Shown: in pieces, positions 7,385 through 13,394 of the stretch
How positions within the stretch are numbered: the first letter of the stretch is position 1
How the letters are laid out: each line of letters begins with the position of its first letter
Assembly: GCA_036507075.1 (NCBI GenBank)
Contig: DASXQR010000084.1
Span: forward strand, 1 to 13,394
Length of the DNA: 13,394 nt
Reading direction: 5' to 3'
From: Acidobacteriota bacterium
GTDB lineage: Bacteria; Acidobacteriota; UBA6911; JACQSX01
The notes under the pieces: generated by a model
The model's database searches: none
The model's input: only the letters and a program-made list of their open reading frames with translations
Told to the model about the DNA's origin: nothing
Made by a program: the position numbers and the translations under genes

Positions 7385-9112
7385 TTAGAGGCGAGGTCGT
7401 GGCGGTTTTACTGGATTCCACACAACAGCGCCCCGGCGTTTCACCAGCCGCCGGTATATTCGGTCACCGTCGGTAGTGTACAGCCACTGCATGTCGGGGC
7501 CCCCAAGCAGGACACTGGATAGGCCCTCGCGTCCGGGCGGGTTGATGATCGCCACCACGCGACCCGGTTGGTCACAGACCTGCACACCGAGCGGTGTGGC
7601 AACGTAGAGATACCCTTCGGTATCGAACGCCATTCCGCCGGCATCACTCTCGGAGGATTCGTCGAAAGTCTCCAGGCGATAGAAGGGCTGGCCGTTGGCC
7701 AGCGAGCCATCACGCTGGATCTGGAACGACCAGACCCACTTGCGATGAGGGTCGTTGACCATGAGCAGCGACTGGTCGGTCGAGATGCGCACCCCCCGCG
7801 GCCAATTGATGTCGCTGTGAACGACGCGCTTGTTCCCGGCAGCGTCAACGAACCAGACGCGGTGGCTCGGAGCCTCGGTAAAATAGACTTCGCTACTGTT
7901 CGTGACAGTGAGGTGGTGCGTTTGCACGCCCTCCGCGATCACGCTCTCCTTGCCATCCGGCTTGAGGGCAATAATCCTTTTCCGGTCGTGCTGGCAAACG
8001 AACAGCCGGCCATCCGGACCGAACATTACTCCGTGCGCGCCGCCGCTGTCCTCTTTCCAAACTGTGATCTTGCCGTTTGGATCGATCCTGCATATCCGGT
8101 TGTTTCGGTGATCCGTGAAATAGACGCTGCCATCCCTGTCAACCGTGGAATCTGCGGTAAGCTGGTAGCCCTGTCCAAGCAGCTCCCAGTCTTTCCCCGG
8201 TTCCAGAATGGTATAGACTCCGCGCTCATTGACCCGCTCAGATTTTGAGACGGGTTTTGGATAGTCTTTCCAGAGCCAGCGTAGAGCCTCGGGGAGAATT
8301 GCCGCGCCATGTTTGGCGTTGTGGCCCTCGCTTCCGATAACAAAGGTGCTCTCATAACCCGCGTACTGGAGAGCGGAAAAAACCTCCTGGTTGGCGAGGA
8401 ACCAGTTTCCTGAATAGATGTCCTGATCGTTGCGGCCGTCCTGCATGAAGACGCGCAGGGGCTTGGGCTCCGTCTTGCGGATGCGCGTCGCCAGCGCTTC
8501 CCCGCCGCGCAGACCGGTGAAACTGCCGATAAAGCTCATCACCCGGTGGAAGACGTCCGTCCGGTTCCATGCGGCGTTGAACGCCGCCGCACCGCCGGAG
8601 CTCGAACCGGCGATGGCGTAATCGTTCGGATCCTTCGAGATGTTGTAGCGCCGGGCGACTTCGGGCAAAATCTCCTCAATGAGAAAGCGCGCGTAACGGT
8701 CACCGAGCGCGTCATACTCATAGCTGCGATTGAAGCGGTCCTGCTGGTTCAGCGAAGATGCCTGGAGCACTCCGGGATCAACAAAGACGCCGACGGTAAC
8801 CGGCATGTCACCCTTGCGAATCAGATTGTCAAAGACGATTGGAACGCGCCAGCTCCCGCTTTCGGCCGCCATCGCGCCGCCGTCCTGAAAGACCATGACG
8901 CAAGCGGGCTTTTCCGCCCTGTACTGCGCAGGCACGTAAATCCAATAATCGCGCACCGTCCCGGGATAGATCTTGCTCGTCCAACTGTGCTGTGTGGCCG
9001 TGCCCCGGGGCACATCTGGCTGGCGCTGTGAATCCGGGCCGAGGGTATACTCCTGCGCGCACAGTTGCGTCGAGACACAAACCAGGAAACCGAGAATAGC
9101 GATTCTCCGCAT
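7385..9112 (-). CDS. Secreted fusion of a Fes-like alpha/beta-hydrolase esterase and an SMP-30/gluconolactonase-like beta-propeller
   Basis: Signal peptide MRRIAILGFLVCVSTQLCA|Q. Esterase motifs RDYWIYVPAQY, MVFQDG, NRSYEYD, GSSSGG (nucleophile elbow) and EGHNAKHG. C-terminal propeller repeats (DRDGSVYFTD, FGPDGRLFVC, FDTEGYLYVAT). Confidence 0.9.
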   Translation of the reverse strand: MRRIAILGFLVCVSTQLCAQEYTLGPDSQRQPDVPRGTATQHSWTSKIYPGTVRDYWIYVPAQYRAEKPACVMVFQDGGAMAAESGSWRVPIVFDNLIRKGDMPVTVGVFVDPGVLQASSLNQQDRFNRSYEYDALGDRYARFLIEEILPEVARRYNISKDPNDYAIAGSSSGGAAAFNAAWNRTDVFHRVMSFIGSFTGLRGGEALATRIRKTEPKPLRVFMQDGRNDQDIYSGNWFLANQEVFSALQYAGYESTFVIGSEGHNAKHGAAILPEALRWLWKDYPKPVSKSERVNERGVYTILEPGKDWELLGQGYQLTADSTVDRDGSVYFTDHRNNRICRIDPNGKITVWKEDSGGAHGVMFGPDGRLFVCQHDRKRIIALKPDGKESVIAEGVQTHHLTVTNSSEVYFTEAPSHRVWFVDAAGNKRVVHSDINWPRGVRISTDQSLLMVNDPHRKWVWSFQIQRDGSLANGQPFYRLETFDESSESDAGGMAFDTEGYLYVATPLGVQVCDQPGRVVAIINPPGREGLSSVLLGGPDMQWLYTTDGDRIYRRLVKRRGAVVWNPVKPPRPRL

Positions 9113-9250
9113 GGCAAAAGGATTCTACGCTCAAAAAGGGCATTACATAATCCCGCTGCTACACTATAACCGCGTCCATGAATCCTTGCTTGCGTCCCGG
9201 GGAGCGCAACTGATACCGCTCGTGCCTGAACACTGATTTCGGGGCGGTGT

Positions 9251-9338
9251 GGGGTCAGGTGTTCAGAATTACTTTTCGGGTTTTACGGTGGAAGCCTCAT
9301 TCAGACTCACAAAAAATGAATTCTGAAGACCTGACCCC
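9251..9338. repeat. REP-like inverted repeat (GGGGTCAGGT type)
   Basis: GGGGTCAGGTGTTCAGAATT (9251-9270) and AATTCTGAAGACCTGACCCC (9319-9338) are complementary at 19/20 positions, with a 48-nt spacer. It lies 11 nt downstream of the oxidoreductase stop. Confidence 0.85.
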
Positions 9339-9349
9339 TTCCTTGGTTC

Positions 9350-10834
9350 CTAGGGTTTCAGGATGCCTTCCCAGCCCTTCCGGTAGTCACGCCGGATGAA
9401 CTTGTCGGCTTCCGGCGCGTTACGGGCGCGCAGGTTGACATAGTCCCACTCAATCTTCTTTCCGGTCCGGTAGGCCACGTTGCCGAGGTGGTTCGACTCA
9501 GTGGTCCAGCCGGAATACTGGAAGTTGGAGCCGGGCGCCGGGCCGAGGCCCTTGCACGCCAGGATCCACTCGTTATAGTGGCCGGGCGAACGCGGGAGCG
9601 TTTCGGGCGGCGTCGGGTAGTCTTTGAACTGCTCTTCCGGCAGCAACCGCGGGGCGCCGCGCCCGTCGGTGAACAGCATCCCTTTGTCGCCGATGAACAA
9701 CTGCGCGCGGTCGCTCTGAGGAATTTTGCCTTCGCGCCACTGCGGCGGCCTGCTCTCGCCCTGGTGCCAGGTGAGCGTGACCGGTGGCGCCGCGCCGCGG
9801 GCCGGGAACTGATAGGTCACCGTCATCGTTGCCGGCGCCAACTCCGGGTGAGCCTTGCCCATCGGCGAGACGGCCTCGACCGTGAGGGGCTGTCGGATGT
9901 CCAGCGCGTAAAACACAACGTCGTTGTCGTGGCTCCCCAGGTCGCTCATCGTGCCATTGCCGAAGTCCCACCACCGGTACCAGCGAGGTCCGGGCAGATA
10001 AGTCGCATGGAACGGCCGCGCCGGCGCAGGCCCGATCCACAGGTCCCAGGAGATGTTCGGCGGGATGGGCATCTCTTCCTTGAACCGGTCGGTTATCTGG
10101 ATGTCGTTGTAGAACCCATGCGGCTTGTCCAGCTTGAGGGCCGACTCGGCGCCCTGCAGTCCCCACGCGCGACCCGCCCAGACGTGTACTTCGCGCACCG
10201 GCCCGATAGCGCCGGCCATGATCAGTTCCTTGACCTGGCGGCGGGACGCCGAGGCGTGGCCCTGGTTGCCCATCTGCGTTGCCAGTTTTGGGTATTTGGC
10301 GGCGGTCTCGCGAATCAGCCTCGCCTCCCAGATGTTGTGAGTGAGCGGCTTCTCACAGTAGACGTGCTTGCCATGCGTCAGTGCCAAGTACGTCGCCAGG
10401 GCGTGTGTGTGCTCACACGTGCTGACCATTACGGCGTCGAAGTCGTTCGGGCTGTCGAAGACCCGGCGGAAATCGTTGTACTTCTTTGCCTTCGGGAACC
10501 GCTGGGCCGCCGCGTCCACGGCCGTTTGGTTCACGTCGCACAGGACCGTGATGTTCTCGGCCGGGATCCCAGTGAGCGCGGACGGAGTCGATGTCCGGGC
10601 GCCTCCTTCCGGTGTGCCTCCACGGCCGGCGCCACCACCGCCGTCTCCGTTCATGTTTGCGATGGCGCGGCCACCGCAGGCGATCATCGCGATGTTCAGC
10701 TTATTGTTCAGGTTCTGGCCCCGCAGAAATGCCGGCGCCCCTGCGATCGCGCCGGCGGCGGCCAGGGCGCCGCCGACCAGTTCGCGTCGGGTTATCTGAC
10801 GTGGTCGCGTCTTATTGGTGGTGGTTTTCTCCAT
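9350..10834 (-). CDS. Gfo/Idh/MocA family oxidoreductase, Tat-exported
   Basis: Twin-arginine signal ITRRELVGGALAAAGA, GKHVYCEKPL, ATQMGNQGH, WDLWIGPAP and WWDFGNGTMSDLGSH. ATG 10834 is preceded by AAGGAG; 494 aa. Confidence 0.93.
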   Translation of the reverse strand: MEKTTTNKTRPRQITRRELVGGALAAAGAIAGAPAFLRGQNLNNKLNIAMIACGGRAIANMNGDGGGGAGRGGTPEGGARTSTPSALTGIPAENITVLCDVNQTAVDAAAQRFPKAKKYNDFRRVFDSPNDFDAVMVSTCEHTHALATYLALTHGKHVYCEKPLTHNIWEARLIRETAAKYPKLATQMGNQGHASASRRQVKELIMAGAIGPVREVHVWAGRAWGLQGAESALKLDKPHGFYNDIQITDRFKEEMPIPPNISWDLWIGPAPARPFHATYLPGPRWYRWWDFGNGTMSDLGSHDNDVVFYALDIRQPLTVEAVSPMGKAHPELAPATMTVTYQFPARGAAPPVTLTWHQGESRPPQWREGKIPQSDRAQLFIGDKGMLFTDGRGAPRLLPEEQFKDYPTPPETLPRSPGHYNEWILACKGLGPAPGSNFQYSGWTTESNHLGNVAYRTGKKIEWDYVNLRARNAPEADKFIRRDYRKGWEGILKP

Positions 10835-10919
10835 GGTGTGCTCCTTTGGTTCATAGCAATAGTACTCCAAACGTGAGCTCTGATGTCGCAGCAGTTTAAG
10901 CTCCGAGTAACGGTTTTTT

Positions 10920-10995
10920 CACCACAAAGGCACAAAGGACACAAAATTAGACTCTGGGAGTTGAACCAAGTTCGCGTCGCTTTGTGCCTCGCGTG
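10920..10995. repeat. CACAAAG-type short tandem repeat with an imperfect inverted partner
   Basis: CACCACAAAGGCACAAAGGACACAAA (10920-10945). GGCACAAAG (10929-10937) is complementary to CTTTGTGCC (10980-10988). Confidence 0.7.
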
Positions 10996-11018
10996 CCGAT
11001 CTTAAGCAATCCGCAGCA

Positions 11019-11054
11019 TTGCCAAAGCGGAGATCAGCGTGGTAAGTTCGGCGC
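11019..11054 (+). promoter_or_regulatory. Putative leaderless promoter of the pseudogene
   Basis: TTGCCA (11019-11024), 18 nt, TAAGTT (11043-11048) with an extended -10 TG at 11040-11041, then 6 nt to ATG 11055. Confidence 0.5.
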
Positions 11055-11319
11055 ATGGAAGCGACCTGAGAGAGTCTGGCACTTGATCGCAGCGTGCGGC
11101 CGATGCTGGATATTGTGTTACCGTAAAAAGCTGACGCAGTGATCGGCTTTCGTGCTGACCCTGAACTGCAAGCCCGTATCGAAGAACCCGCCCAAAAATC
11201 AACGGAAGGCGAACTGACGGAAGACGAGCGGGCTGAATACGCGGGTTAAGCGCGGGCGAACAAGTTCGTCGCCATTCTCAAAGGACAAGCGCATCAGTTC
11301 GCGAACCGCCCGTCATAGA
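11055..11319 (+). pseudogene. Pseudogene of a small putative antitoxin-like protein
   Basis: Reads MEAT*ESLALDRSVRPMLDIVLP*KADAVIGFRADPELQARIEEPAQKSTEGELTEDERAEYAG*ARANKFVAILKR, then after a +1 shift QAHQFANRPS*. Stops at 11067, 11124 and 11247; apparent frameshift near 11286. The LQARIEEL..K..EG.LT..ERAEY pattern resembles small proteins I recall upstream of HNH nucleases. Confidence 0.7.
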
Positions 11320-11361
11320 TGATCGGCTCACAGATCAGGGCTCAGGTTCGCGTGCGCGCCT
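11320..11361 (+). pseudogene. Possible N-terminal stub of an HNH endonuclease
   Basis: ATG directly abuts the upstream TAG. MIGSQIRAQVRVRA resembles the start of small HNH proteins (R..VR.RA...CEYC), but the CxxC and everything after it are absent. Confidence 0.4.
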
Positions 11362-11391
11362 GGCTAAAGCTAATTACGTTGGAGCATAACA

Positions 11392-13251
11392 ATGAAAAGA
11401 AAAGTCGCCTGGTCGCTATTAACGCTCGTCGTTTTGGCTGGTGCATTTCTAATCTATACCCAAAACGCATCTTCGAGTTCACCCACAACCCTTAACGTCA
11501 ACAGCACCGCCGACATTCTTAGCCCGCCGGCCGGTGTGGTCACCCTGCGTTCGGCCATCGCAGCGGCCAACGCCGATGTCAGCGCTAACCCGGTCGTCAT
11601 CAACCTGACGATTCCGGGCACCTACAACTTGACCCTGACCAATGCCACGCAAGAGAACGCCGCGGCGACGGGTGACCTGGACATAACCACGACCCTTCAC
11701 ACAGTAACCATCGCGGGTGGCGGCTCGTCAGGGCCGAATGCGACCATTATCGATGCCGCCGGGCTGAATACGGGCAGCTTCCGCGACCGCGCCTTTCATA
11801 TCACCGGGTCCAATGTCACCGCCATCTTCCAGGACCTGGTCATTCAGAATGGCCAGGCCGCCGACGACGGTACAAGCGGTGTGAGCACCAACCCCGCGAC
11901 ACAAAACAGCAACCGCACCGGCGGGGGCATCCTTAACAACGGCGGCAGCGTCACGCTTGACAACGTCATCGTCCGGTCGTGCCAGGCACTAGGCAAGGGT
12001 GACAGCGTCATAAACGACCACACCACCCTCGATGCCCTGGGCGGCGGCCTGGCCAGTCTCGCAGCGACCGGCAACGTGATCATTACGGATAGTAGGTTGA
12101 CGGCCAACGGCGCCACAGGCGGGAACGGCGGCAACTTCAACAACGGTGCCGGCTCCAATGCCAAGGGGGGCTCGATCTATTTCGAAGGCGGCACGCTTAA
12201 CATCAGCGGGTCGCGAATCGACACCAGCGCCGCCAATGGCGGCAACGGCGGCAGCGTTCCGCAAAGCGGAATGTTGAACGGCGGCTTCGGCGGATGGGCT
12301 CAAGGCGGCGGAGTGTGGGTTGGCGGCGGCACAGTAACCATTAATAACACCACGTTTGAGAGCACTGCCGCCAACGGTGGCAACTCAGGCGCTGGTGGCA
12401 ACGGAAGCGAACCCGCCGGTGGCGCTGATGGTGGCGGCCTGTATAGCCTCGGTAACGTTACGGTCAGCAACTCAACGTTCCACCTGGCAGGAGCTACTGG
12501 AGGCACCGCCGGCGATGCATTCGGCCCGGGCTGTTTTGGCGGTCATAACGGCGGCGACGGCGGTAGCGCCCGCGGTGGCGCGATCTTCGCCGACGGCGGC
12601 AGCCTAATCATCAACACCGCGACGTTTGCCAACAACTTCGCGACAGGTGGTAACGGCGGCAACGGCGGACAGACCAACGGCGGTTGCGGCATGCACGGCG
12701 CCGGCGGCCTCGCGTATGGCGGCGCTATTACCAACAATGGGGCCACTGTGAATATCAAGCACGGTACGCTCAGCCTCAACAATGCTCAGGCCGGCAACAG
12801 CGGAGTCAATCAGGGCGGAGCCAACAAGCCGGCGCGCCTCGTGGCCGAAGGTACCGGCGGCGGCATCCGCGTGGGCCCCGCCAGCGTGACTTTGGAAAAC
12901 ACAATCATTGCCGGTAACACCGCGGCCAACGGCGCAGGCGATACCACCGGCGCTCCGACTCCCGGACCAAATGTGGACGGCGCCGTCACCAGCAATGGCC
13001 ACAATCTTCTCGGCATCGCCACCGATGCAACAGGCTTCACCGGGACCGGTGACCAGACCGGCGCCAACCCGATGCTGGCGGCGCTGGCGGACAATGGCGG
13101 CCCAACCCAGACGATGGCGCTTTCGCCCGGCAGTCCCGCGATCGACGCGGGCGTGGCGGCTGGCGCATCATTTGATCAGCGCGGCAGGCCGCGGACGTTT
13201 GACGACCCTGGCGTCGCCAATGCTGCGAGCAGCGACGGCACCGACATCGGC
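11392..13251 (+). CDS. Secreted glycine-rich right-handed beta-helix protein (CSLREA-like N-terminus, choice-of-anchor Q C-terminal domain), apparently broken at ~13252
   Basis: GGAG plus ATG 11392; the frame stays open to the window end, so it is absent from the ORF track. Signal MKRKVAWSLLTLVVLAGAFLI; LNVNSTAD...VTLRSAIAAAN; GDLDI; DRAFHI; repeated GGG(I/L/V)/GGAI units; NPMLAALADNGGPTQTMALSPGSPAIDAG...FDQRG...DGTDIG. Confidence 0.88.
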
Positions 13252-13392
13252 GACATTGCTTCCATCCTGCAGATTGGCCGCAAACAGAATGCGTCCGCTC
13301 TCGTCCAACGCGAGATTTTGAACCCAATTATAAGTACTGCCGCCGGGCGCCGGACTACCCCAAGTGAACACGACTTTCACAACACTCTCGTT
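13252..13392 (-). other. Inverted fragment of a different gene (NxxGxxAF-like tandem-repeat protein)
   Basis: Minus frame is open from the window end: NESVVKVVFTWGSPAPGGSTYNWVQNLALDESGRILFAANLQDGSN, resembling G.PAPGG...LN..G.I.F.A.L repeat units. Confidence 0.55.
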
Positions 13393-13394
13393 GG

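Noticed and set aside
6870..7421. Extended N-termini for ADOP (6938) and PadR (7421)
   Set aside because: Family similarity begins at ATG 6869 and ATG 7289, and the PadR extension runs through the operator region and overlaps the upstream gene.
4164..9031. Many 60-230 aa ORFs overlapping the ADOP, PadR and esterase genes
   Set aside because: Alternative-frame or antisense shadows with no motifs.
9165..9213. TACACT/TATAAC followed by a short + strand ATG ORF (MNPCLRPGERN)
   Set aside because: Only 11 codons and no supporting similarity; cannot be distinguished from chance.
9488..10876. 462-aa + strand ORF
   Set aside because: In-register antisense mirror of the Gfo/Idh/MocA gene, expected with high GC at third codon positions; no recognisable domain.
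11055..11319. Stop-codon recoding (selenocysteine or alternative genetic code) in the small gene
   Set aside because: The stops are mixed (TGA, TAA, TAA) and there is an apparent frameshift. Neighbouring genes use TGA, TAA and TAG as normal stops.
11479..13327. Listed short ORFs across the right end
   Set aside because: They are shadows of the long open + frame starting at 11392.

Overview
Bacterial chromosomal or metagenomic window, most likely Acidobacteriota (inferred from a PadR plus 'acidobacterial duplicated orphan permease' pair). Left end (+ strand, lower GC): the tail of an unknown ORF and a secreted hypothetical protein, followed by a ~380-bp non-coding element with nested inverted repeats. 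A long minus-strand run follows in coordinate order: FGly-type sulfatase, vapC/vapB toxin-antitoxin pair, ADOP permease, PadR, esterase-SMP30/gluconolactonase fusion, and a Tat-exported Gfo/Idh/MocA oxidoreductase. The right end holds two features missing from the ORF track: a decayed antitoxin/HNH-like pseudo-module, and a large secreted glycine-rich beta-helix (CSLREA / choice-of-anchor Q type) gene that breaks at ~13252 and is joined head-on to an inverted fragment of a different repeat-protein gene. No rRNA, tRNA, CRISPR array or transposase was seen. I found no convincing complete novel system. The best leads are the inverted junction, the repeat element, the SMP-30 domain with substituted metal ligands, and the dead TA-like module. 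Family assignments come from motif recognition by eye, not database searches.
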